From: an uncultured Gemmatimonadales bacterium
GTDB lineage: Bacteria > Gemmatimonadota > Gemmatimonadetes > Longimicrobiales > Longimicrobiaceae
Direction of reading: 5' to 3'
DNA: 64,000 bases
NCBI GenBank assembly: GCA_963716255.1
Contig: OY970303.1
Location: 32,001 to 96,000, forward strand
Both the position numbers and the translations under genes were made by a program. The notes beneath the pieces are model-generated. The model made no database searches and was not told where the DNA came from. It worked only from the letters and a program-made list of their open reading frames with translations. Of the stretch, positions 54,020 to 64,000 are shown in pieces; position 1 is the first letter of the stretch; each line of letters opens with the position of its first letter.

Positions 54020-54906
54020 ACCTTCCCGGCAGGAACGCGGGGGTGCACCCGCGGCGGCGGCTGCGCCGGGGGATCGTCATCCTCCCCAGCGCCTTCACCC
54101 TGGGCAACCTGTTCCTGGGGATCTGGGCCATCGTGGAAGCCACCCGCGGCGAGTTCGCCATGGCGGGGTGGCTGATCGTGGGCGCCGCCTTCATGGACAT
54201 GTTCGACGGGCGCATCGCCCGCATCACCGCCACCGGCAGCCCCTTCGGCGAGGAGCTGGACTCGCTGGTGGACGCAGTGTCCTTCGGGGTGGCGCCGGCG
54301 CTGATCGCCTACTTCGCCTTCTTCAACCGGGGAGGGGAGTGGAGCTGGATCATCTCCTTCCTGTACATCGTCGCCGCGATCCTGCGGCTGGCCCGCTTCA
54401 ACATCGAGCAGGCGGGGACCGCGAAGTCGGCGTTCCACGGCCTTCCCTCCCCCACCGCGGGGGTATGCGTCGCCACCTTCTTCGCCTTCACGCAGACGCC
54501 GTTCTGGCGGGAGGTCTTCCCGCGGGTGAACGTGCACCGCGCGGCGGGGTGGCTGGTGCTGGGGGTGGCGATCCTGATGATCAGCAACGTGCTGTACTCG
54601 GTGGTGCCCCGCTTCGGGCTGCGCACCTGGGGCGGCCGCCTGGCCTTCTTCCTGGCCTTCGCGAGCATCTTCGCCGCGTTCACGGTGCCGCAGTACTTCT
54701 TCTTTCCCATGGGGATCCTGTACATCACGGTCGGGCTGGTGCGGACCGTGCTTGCAGGGTTCGAGGAGCGGCTGCCGGACCGGGATCCCATGATCCTGGA
54801 GGAGGAGGAGGAGCCCGAGTCGCAGCGCGACCTGGAGTACGAGGAGATCCGACCCGCGGCGCACCGGGGCGAGCCGCGGCCCGACAACGAGGAGCCGACG
54901 ACGTGA
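54016..54906 (+). CDS. pssA: CDP-alcohol phosphatidyltransferase (PssA-like)
   Basis: [16 protein letters not shown]....FG.ELDSL.D.VSFG, RLARFN. Confidence 0.88.
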   Translation: MNLPGRNAGVHPRRRLRRGIVILPSAFTLGNLFLGIWAIVEATRGEFAMAGWLIVGAAFMDMFDGRIARITATGSPFGEELDSLVDAVSFGVAPALIAYFAFFNRGGEWSWIISFLYIVAAILRLARFNIEQAGTAKSAFHGLPSPTAGVCVATFFAFTQTPFWREVFPRVNVHRAAGWLVLGVAILMISNVLYSVVPRFGLRTWGGRLAFFLAFASIFAAFTVPQYFFFPMGILYITVGLVRTVLAGFEERLPDRDPMILEEEEEPESQRDLEYEEIRPAAHRGEPRPDNEEPTT

Positions 54907-55172
54907 CGGAATACCAGATCGAGGTCCGGGTCACCCCCCGCCGGGGGATCCTGGACCCGCAGGGGAAGGCGGTGGGCGGGGCGCTGGCCTCGCTCGGCTT
55001 CGAGGGCGTCTCCGAGGTGCACGTGGGGCGCCTGGTGGTGTTCACCCTGGCCGCGGGCGGCGAGGACGAGGCGCGCGAGCGGGTGGACGCCATGTGCCGG
55101 CAGCTGCTGGCCAACCCGGTCACGGAGGACTTCCACGTCCGCGTCGCCGCGGCGGAGGCGGCGGGGCGATGA
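54903..55172 (+). CDS. purS: FGAM synthase subunit PurS
   Basis: [17 protein letters not shown]. Confidence 0.93.
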   Translation: MTEYQIEVRVTPRRGILDPQGKAVGGALASLGFEGVSEVHVGRLVVFTLAAGGEDEARERVDAMCRQLLANPVTEDFHVRVAAAEAAGR

Positions 55173-55864
55173 GGCTGGGCGTGGTGACCTTCCCGGGCTC
55201 CAACTGCGACTACGACTGCTACAAGGCGATCGAGGAGGGGCTGGGCGCGGAGGCGGTCTACCTGTGGCACAAGGAGCACGACCTGGGCGGGGTGGACGCG
55301 GTCTTCCTCCCCGGCGGCTTCTCCTACGGCGACTACCTGCGCGCCGGGGCCATCGCCTCGCTGAGCCCCATCATGCGCGAGGTGGCGGCGTTCGCGGAGG
55401 CGGGCGGGCCGGTGGCGGGCATCTGCAACGGCTTCCAGATCCTGTGCGAGGCCGGTCTGCTGCCGGGCGCGCTGATCCGCAACCGCAGTCTCAAGTTCGC
55501 CTCGCGCGCGGTGCACCTGCGCGTGGAGAGCGCGGACACGCCGTTCACCTCCGCGTACCGGCCCGGGCAGCTGCTGCGCATTCCCATCGCCCACGGCGAG
55601 GGGTGCTACATCGCCGAGCCGGACGTGCTGGCGGCGCTGGAGGCGGAGGGGCGCGTGGCGTTCCGCTACGTGGACGCCGCCGGCCTGGAAAGCGCGGAGG
55701 CGAACCCCAACGGCTCGCTGAACCACATCGCCGGCGTGGTGAACCAGCGCGGCAACGTGCTGGGGATGATGCCCCACCCGGAGCGGGCCGTCAGCGAGGT
55801 GCTGGGCTCCACCGACGGGATGGGCTTCTTCCGCTCGCTGGCGGACCACCTGGTCCGCGCCTGA
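55169..55864 (+). CDS. purQ: FGAM synthase subunit PurQ
   Basis: [34 protein letters not shown]. Confidence 0.97.
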   Translation: MRLGVVTFPGSNCDYDCYKAIEEGLGAEAVYLWHKEHDLGGVDAVFLPGGFSYGDYLRAGAIASLSPIMREVAAFAEAGGPVAGICNGFQILCEAGLLPGALIRNRSLKFASRAVHLRVESADTPFTSAYRPGQLLRIPIAHGEGCYIAEPDVLAALEAEGRVAFRYVDAAGLESAEANPNGSLNHIAGVVNQRGNVLGMMPHPERAVSEVLGSTDGMGFFRSLADHLVRA

Positions 55865-55887
55865 AACCCCACCCGAGGAGGACCGCG

Positions 55888-56649
55888 ATGCGCACGAGCA
55901 AGCTCCTGTTCCCGGCCGCCGGTCTCGCCGTTCTCCTCGCCGTCCCCGCCGCCGCGCAAACGGTCCGCGCCGGGATGACGGAGAGCCAGGTCCGCTCCAC
56001 GCTGGGCGCGCCCGCGGCCACCCGCCGCGCCCCCGACGGGTGGAGCTACCTGTTCTACCTCAACGGCTGCGCGGTGCGCTGCGGCTCGGACGACGTGGTC
56101 TTTTTGCGCGAGGACCGCGTGGTCACCGCGGTGTTCCGCACCCCCCGGCGCCGCTTCGCCGGGCCGGCCCCCGCGGCGGTGCTGGAGGGCGGGCCCGCGG
56201 GGCCGGCGCGCTCCGCGCCCTCCGGCGCCGCCCGCCCCTCCGCCGGCGGCCATCCGCGCGCCGTGGAGCCGGAGCCGGGCCGGGCCACCGTGACCGGGAT
56301 CCGCGTCACCCTGCCCGGGAGCGAGAACCTGTCCGTGGGGAGCGGCCAGCCGGCCGCGGGCTCGTCGGGGCGCAGCGGGATCATCGTGTACCCGGACGAG
56401 GCGCGGCGGCAGGAGACCGCCCCGGCGCCGCGCGGCGTCATCATCATCCGCGACGCCCTGGGGACCGAGATCGTGCAGTCCGACAGCGCCCTGGACCGCA
56501 CCCGGCAGGAGCGCGAGCGCAACGTGACGCCGCGCACCATCCGCCCCGACAACCGCGAGTCCGCCGTGGCGGACTCCGCGATGACCCCGGCGATCCGCGA
56601 GCGCGAAAAGGCCGTGGCGCCCCGGACCGTCCGGCCGCGCCCCCGTTAA
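55888..56649 (+). CDS. Secreted protein with a BamE/SmpA-like N-domain and a low-complexity tail
   Basis: [10 protein letters not shown], signal peptide, [19 protein letters not shown]. Confidence 0.65.
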   Translation: MRTSKLLFPAAGLAVLLAVPAAAQTVRAGMTESQVRSTLGAPAATRRAPDGWSYLFYLNGCAVRCGSDDVVFLREDRVVTAVFRTPRRRFAGPAPAAVLEGGPAGPARSAPSGAARPSAGGHPRAVEPEPGRATVTGIRVTLPGSENLSVGSGQPAAGSSGRSGIIVYPDEARRQETAPAPRGVIIIRDALGTEIVQSDSALDRTRQERERNVTPRTIRPDNRESAVADSAMTPAIREREKAVAPRTVRPRPR

Positions 56650-56662
56650 AGACAGGAGAACC

Positions 56663-58975
<2,313 letters not shown>

Positions 58976-59018
58976 CCGGGCGCGGACGGACGTCCCAACA
59001 TAGAAGGCGAACCGACTC

Positions 59019-60404
59019 ATGTGTGGAATCGTAGCGGTCTCCGGCACGCCCGAGGCCGCGAAGCTGGCCTACCTGGGGCTGCACGCGCTCCAGCACCGCG
59101 GACAGGAGGCGGCCGGGATCGTGGCGTTCGACGCCCGCGAGGGGGTCGCGCACCGGGTCCGCGAGGCGGGGCTGATCTCCGAGATCTTTTCCGAGGAGAA
59201 GCTGGCCAAGCTCCCCGGCGAGGTGGCGGTGGGGCACATCCGCTACTCCACGGCGGGGGGCGCGGGACTCAAGAACGCGCAGCCCATCCGCGTCACCTAC
59301 CGCGAGGGGCACCTGGCCCTGGTGCACAACGGCAACCTCACCAACGCGGGCGAGCTTCGCAACCGGCTGGTCAACGAGGGAGCGCTCTTCCAGAGCACCA
59401 TCGACAGCGAGGTGGTGGTGCACCTGGTCGCGCGCTCGCACCGCGAGGGGGTGGAGGCGCAGATCGACGACGCGCTCTCGCAGCTGCAGGGCGCCTTCTC
59501 GGTGCTGATCACCGTGGGCGACACGCTGTACGCGGCGCGCGACCCCTGGGGGTACCGCCCGCTGGTGATCGGGCACCTCCCCGGGGGCGGGCTGGTGCTG
59601 GCCTCGGAGAGCTGCGCGCTGGACATCATGGGCGCGCGCTTCCTGCGCGACGTGGAGCCGGGCGAGGTGCTGCGAATCCGCGGCACGGAGATGACGCGGC
59701 TGCGCCCGCTCCCCCCGGAGGGCGCGCCGCAGCCGTGCGTCTTCGAGCTGGTGTACTTCGCGCGGCCGGACACCCGGCTGTGGGGGTACACGGTGGACCG
59801 GGCCCGGCGCGCCTTCGGGCGGCGCCTGGCGGAGGAGCAGCCGGCGGACGCGGACATCGTCATCTCCGTCCCCGACTCCGCCAACTCGGCGGCGCTGGGA
59901 TACGCGGAGGCGTCGGGGATCCCCTTCGAGCTGGGGCTGATCCGCAACCACTACGTGGGCCGCACCTTCATCGAGCCCAGCCAGGCCGGGCGCGACTTCA
60001 AGGTGCGCCTCAAGTACAACGCGGTCCGCGAGGTGCTGGCCGGGAAGCGGGTGGTGGTGGTGGACGACTCGCTGGTGCGCGGCACCACCTCGCGCGGGCT
60101 GGTGAGCCTGCTGCACGACGCGGGGGCGCGCGAGGTGCACTTCCGCTTCGCCTCGCCGCCGGTACGCCATCCCTGCTTCTACGGCATCGACATGCCCAGC
60201 GAGGCGGAGCTGATCGCCGCCCACAAGACGGTGGAGCAGATCCGCGACTACCTGCGGGTGGAGTCCATCGGCTACCTGTCGCTGGAGGGAATGCTGGACT
60301 GCGTCAAGGACGCGGGGACCTTCTGCACGGCGTGCTTCTCGGGCGACTACCGCGCGCCTCTGGTGGACATGGAGCGCGGCCTGGCGATGTCGTCGCACTG
60401 CTGA
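59019..60404 (+). CDS. purF: Amidophosphoribosyltransferase
   Basis: MCGIV, QHRGQ, GHIRYST, HNGN, VDDSLVRGTT, YGID. Confidence 0.98.
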   Translation: MCGIVAVSGTPEAAKLAYLGLHALQHRGQEAAGIVAFDAREGVAHRVREAGLISEIFSEEKLAKLPGEVAVGHIRYSTAGGAGLKNAQPIRVTYREGHLALVHNGNLTNAGELRNRLVNEGALFQSTIDSEVVVHLVARSHREGVEAQIDDALSQLQGAFSVLITVGDTLYAARDPWGYRPLVIGHLPGGGLVLASESCALDIMGARFLRDVEPGEVLRIRGTEMTRLRPLPPEGAPQPCVFELVYFARPDTRLWGYTVDRARRAFGRRLAEEQPADADIVISVPDSANSAALGYAEASGIPFELGLIRNHYVGRTFIEPSQAGRDFKVRLKYNAVREVLAGKRVVVVDDSLVRGTTSRGLVSLLHDAGAREVHFRFASPPVRHPCFYGIDMPSEAELIAAHKTVEQIRDYLRVESIGYLSLEGMLDCVKDAGTFCTACFSGDYRAPLVDMERGLAMSSHC

Positions 60405-60434
60405 CCGGACCCCACTGGACGCCAGGGAGAAACG

Positions 60435-60468
60435 AGGAGCCGGCCGCGCGCGTGACCGGCTCCCTTTT
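60435..60468. terminator. Terminator hairpin between convergent genes
   Basis: GGAGCCGG...CCGGCTCC followed by CTTTT. Confidence 0.7.
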
Positions 60469-60494
60469 CGTCTCCGGATTCCGATGATCCCGGT

Positions 60495-61058
60495 CTACGG
60501 GCGCCAGCGGATGCCCAGGTTGAGGCGCGAGACGCCGAGCACCTTGCCGCCGCCGAGTTCGATGTCGCGATCCCACTCGCCCCGCGAATAGCTCATCCCC
60601 GCGTCCATGCCCAGGTTGGGGCTGAGGAAGTACTCCACCCCGGCGCCGCCGGTGAGCGCCGTGCCGCTGAAGCGGGCGCCGCCACGAAGGGCGCCCACCC
60701 CGGTGAACGCACCCTCCACGTAGGGCCGCAACGCCCCGGGGGCCGCACCGAAGCTGTAGCGCGCGCCCACGTCGAGGTAGGTGGAACTGTATGCGTAGTC
60801 GCCGCGCGTGAACAGCGTGAGCCGGTCGCTCACCCCGTATCCGAGCGTAACCCCCAGGCCGGCGGAAGCTCTGTTCCCGGACGGGAGGCCGGTCCCCGCG
60901 ACGCCGCCGTTGAAGTTCAGGCCCAGCATGAAGCCGCGGAGGTCGGACTGCGCGACGGGTGGCGCGGCCGGGGCTTCCTGCGCGGCCGCGGAGCCGGCCG
61001 CGAGCGCGGCGGCGACAAGGGCGAGCGCGACCGTCGGACGGGATTTCGTCATGAGCAT
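60495..61058 (-). CDS. Small outer-membrane beta-barrel protein
   Basis: Signal peptide AAA|QE, LRPYV, GAGVEYF, C-terminal LNLGIRW; alternative start 61052. Confidence 0.85.
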   Translation of the reverse strand: MLMTKSRPTVALALVAAALAAGSAAAQEAPAAPPVAQSDLRGFMLGLNFNGGVAGTGLPSGNRASAGLGVTLGYGVSDRLTLFTRGDYAYSSTYLDVGARYSFGAAPGALRPYVEGAFTGVGALRGGARFSGTALTGGAGVEYFLSPNLGMDAGMSYSRGEWDRDIELGGGKVLGVSRLNLGIRWRP

Positions 61059-61446
61059 CCTGGAGCAGGGGTAGGACTGCGGCGGCGCGGGCGGGTCCCG
61101 CGCCTCTCCGGTGTGGCGGGACGGTCCTACACGCGCGCCGCGTCGGGAGATCCATTCGACCCCTCGCGTGCGTTTCGCCGCTCCCCGATTCGCCTTCGCG
61201 CTCCCCACGGGTGCACAGTCCACCGGTGGAGTCGCCTCCATCCGGGGGCTCCGTACATCACGGTCTCGACCCACCGGCACGTCCACCAAGCATTTCGCGA
61301 CAGGATCCTTTCGCCGCCGGGAGCCCGGCTCTATACTGTCTCCGCCGCAGAACCGTGTTCCAGTCGCGTTCCTCACGCGATGCTGGGGCCGCGATGCCGG
61401 CACCCCTCCCGCGGTCCACCTTCCCCGATCCACCCGACAGAGGCCC

Positions 61447-62973
61447 ATGCGACGCGCACACGGTGTGGTTGCAGTGCTCACCCTCTCCTTTCTCGCGCTG
61501 CCCTCGTGCCGCGGCGAAGACGTCCGGCCGCCACAGGCGGAGCTGGCGGCCGGCGACACCACGTACAACCCCTGGTGCGCAAGCGGGACGCAGACGCAGC
61601 TCTGCCCCCACGTCCCGCACGAGGTGGACGTCACGCTGCCGGACGGCTATTCGGGGCTGATCCCGGCGGACCAGGTGCGCTTCGACGACTTCTCGTGGCA
61701 GAGCTTCGTGGCGCTCAACTGGCCCGCGGGGTCCGACGGCCGACCGCTGGGAACCGACTTCCGCGCCAACCCCGGCGCGCCCCGCGTGTGGGAGGGGTAC
61801 CCGGACGCCATCACCGTCTTCCGCGGGGGCGTGCCGATCCCCTGCAACGCGGGCGGCGGCAAGATGCTGGTGCAGATGGCAAAGAACGGGCAGGTGGTGG
61901 ACCCGGACGGCTCGTTCGACGAGGCGGTGGGCGGTCCGCTGATCGACCGGGACCTGAACTTCGCCGTCTACGAGAAGAAGATGAACCCGGACGAGGTGCG
62001 GTTCGTCACGCAAAACGGCTACAACACCGTGCAGGGGCAGGCGAAGGCGGACAGCATCCGCTTTCCCGTCGGCTTCTACACCGACTCGGCGCACACGCAG
62101 GGGCCCGTGGGCTCAATGGAGATCAAGGCGACGTGGAGGGTGGTGCAGCCGGCGGACAGCGCGCGCTTCTACACCCGCGCCGCCGTCCTCTACGTCCCGG
62201 CGGCGCACAGCGCCACGGGGCAGCCGCTGTGCCTGAACACCACCGTGGGACTGGTGGGGATGCACATCCTCCACAAGACCAGGAACTTTCCGTCGTGGAT
62301 CTGGAGTACCTTCGAGCACGTGGACAATGCGCCACAGTGCCTGCCCGGCCAGACCGGCGCCTGCGGCGACAGCACCACCTTCTCGTTCTACAACTCCGAG
62401 TGCACGACCTGCCCGCTGAACACCCCCGCCAGCAGCGGGAGCGACAGCACCTTCCTGTGGGAGCCGGACCCGCCCCACGCACGCCGGTACGCGATCGGCG
62501 GCCGGTACGGCGCGCAGATCACGCGCACGCAGGCCGTCCCCAGCTTCACCGACTCCACCAGCCGCGCGTGGCAGCAGCGGGTGCAGGGAACGGTGTGGGC
62601 CAACTACCGCCTGGTCGGCAGCCAGTGGCAGGTGACACACCTGGACGTCCCCGGCGGCGGGAGCAGGAACGTTCCCGACACGCTCCGCAACACCACGCTG
62701 GAAAGCTTCATCCCCGACACGTCGTCGTGCCTCGGCTGCCACGGCGCGTTCGCGAGCTCCGCGGCAAAGGACGGCAGCGGCGACTTCAGCTTCCTGCTCG
62801 GCATGGCCGGCAAGGGCCTCACCTCGCTCCCGCCCGGAGTCGCGCGCAGGATCGCGCAGGCCGGAGCGCAGCCGGCCACGCGCGCGCACGCCGGCGCCGG
62901 CGCGCCCGGCGGCGCCCCGGGCGGCCGCGACACGGCGAGGGGGCGCGACACGGCCCGGACGCGGCCCCGGTAA
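61447..62973 (+). CDS. Cys-rich exported protein/lipoprotein with a C-terminal CxxCH (putative c-type cytochrome)
   Basis: Signal peptide ending LPS|C, FSWQSFVALNWP, WIWSTFEHVDN, SCLGCH..DFSFLL. Confidence 0.78.
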   Translation: MRRAHGVVAVLTLSFLALPSCRGEDVRPPQAELAAGDTTYNPWCASGTQTQLCPHVPHEVDVTLPDGYSGLIPADQVRFDDFSWQSFVALNWPAGSDGRPLGTDFRANPGAPRVWEGYPDAITVFRGGVPIPCNAGGGKMLVQMAKNGQVVDPDGSFDEAVGGPLIDRDLNFAVYEKKMNPDEVRFVTQNGYNTVQGQAKADSIRFPVGFYTDSAHTQGPVGSMEIKATWRVVQPADSARFYTRAAVLYVPAAHSATGQPLCLNTTVGLVGMHILHKTRNFPSWIWSTFEHVDNAPQCLPGQTGACGDSTTFSFYNSECTTCPLNTPASSGSDSTFLWEPDPPHARRYAIGGRYGAQITRTQAVPSFTDSTSRAWQQRVQGTVWANYRLVGSQWQVTHLDVPGGGSRNVPDTLRNTTLESFIPDTSSCLGCHGAFASSAAKDGSGDFSFLLGMAGKGLTSLPPGVARRIAQAGAQPATRAHAGAGAPGGAPGGRDTARGRDTARTRPR

Positions 62974-63006
62974 GCACGCAATCGTGTGAAGCGGCCCCGG
63001 GCCGCG

Positions 63007-63046
63007 AAGGGAGCCGGCCACGGGCGCGCGGCCGGCTCCTTTCTTC
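63007..63046 (+). terminator. Terminator hairpin
   Basis: GGAGCCGGCC...GGCCGGCTCC followed by TTTCTT. Confidence 0.7.
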
Positions 63047-63228
63047 CTGTTCGGACCCGGCTTCCCCGTCCCTGCACGATGTCGTCATAGCTACGGCGGC
63101 CTCCCGGTGTGGGGCAAACCCCGACTTGCCTTCCCCCCGCGGCGCGGCCTAGCTTGTGGCGGGGCGCGGTGCTTGCGGCGCCTCGCCACGCTTCCGTTCC
63201 AGATCATTCCGTGCCTGAGGGAGGCCCG

Positions 63229-64000
63229 ATGAAGTACCGCACCTATCCCGGGACCGACATCACCGTTTCCGAGGTCGGCTTCGGCCTGTGGACGCTCGCC
63301 GCCGGCTGGTGGGGCGAGTTCACGGACGAGCAGGCGATCTCCATGCTGCACCGCGCCCACGACCTGGGGATCACCACCTTCGACTCGGGCGACAGCTACG
63401 GCAACGGCCGCGCGGACGAGCTGCTGGGCCGCGCCTTCGCCGATCGCCGCGACCGGGTGACCATCACCACCAAGATCGGCTACGACTTCTACGCGCACCC
63501 CGACGCGCGCCGCGGGCAGCAGGAGATCCCGCACAACGCCTCGCCCGAGCACATCCGCTTCGCCGTGGACGAGACGCTGCGGCGCCTGGGCGGCGACGTG
63601 GTGGACATCGTCTCGTACCACAACACGCACGAGGAGCACGTCCCCGACGACGCGATCTGGGAAACGCTCCAGCGCCTCCAGGACGAGGGGAAGATCCGCG
63701 CCTGGGGCGCCGCCCTGGGGCCGTCCAACGGCTACCTGTTCGAGGGGCTGGACCTGGTCCGCGAGCGCGGCGTCCGCAACCTCCAGCTCATCGACAACGT
63801 CCTGGAGCCCTTCCCCGGCCGGGCGCTCACCGAAGCCGCCGAGCAGAGCGGGCGCACCGGCGTGCAGGTGCGGGTGACGCACTCGTCGGGGATGCTGGAG
63901 GGCAAGTACACCGAGGACACCGAGTTCGCCAAGAACGACCACCGGCGGCACCGGCCCCGCTCCTGGCTGATCAACGGCCTCAAGAAGCTGGAGTCGCTGC
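63229..64000 (+). CDS. Aldo/keto reductase, truncated by the window end
   Basis: Manual translation MKYRTYPGTDITVSEVGFGLW..GITTFDSGDSYGNG.ADELLG..TKIGY..EGKIR; GGAGG RBS. Confidence 0.92.
   Translation, partial: MKYRTYPGTDITVSEVGFGLWTLAAGWWGEFTDEQAISMLHRAHDLGITTFDSGDSYGNGRADELLGRAFADRRDRVTITTKIGYDFYAHPDARRGQQEIPHNASPEHIRFAVDETLRRLGGDVVDIVSYHNTHEEHVPDDAIWETLQRLQDEGKIRAWGAALGPSNGYLFEGLDLVRERGVRNLQLIDNVLEPFPGRALTEAAEQSGRTGVQVRVTHSSGMLEGKYTEDTEFAKNDHRRHRPRSWLINGLKKLESL

Overview
This is a very GC-rich bacterial chromosomal window. Gene content and order suggest Gemmatimonadota (Longimicrobium-like), which is my inference and is not database-checked. Bases 1-10.6 kb form an accessory island downstream of tRNA-Gly/tRNA-Cys. 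It holds the 5' end of a FAAL-ACP-KS-AT-(degenerate DH)-ACP-C hybrid PKS/NRPS gene, a class I/II aminotransferase, an NRPS condensation pseudogene, a transposase remnant, a frameshifted IS630 and a solo IS630 end. The rest is mostly core genes: ptsN-like/vanZ/aspS/phoH/pgpH-like/ybeY/mgtE/recN, rlmN, panBCD, rqcH, trpCFB..A, lexA, trpD, truA, purB, an M32 peptidase and purC/pssA/purS/purQ/purL/purF. Most notable findings: (1) a translationally coupled SIR2-like + membrane-anchored STAND NTPase pair, a candidate defence system; (2) two guanidine-II riboswitches, one before sugE/gdx and one before a trans-sulfuration PLP enzyme, a candidate guanidino-compound catabolic/detox unit; (3) a TTCGG-N6-TTCG direct repeat at both lexA and recN, a candidate SOS box; (4) two intergenic repeat families built from the same covarying hairpin module; (5) a HEAT/HD-GYP/MCP signalling set embedded in the trp operon. 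Coordinates were read by eye, and no searches were run.
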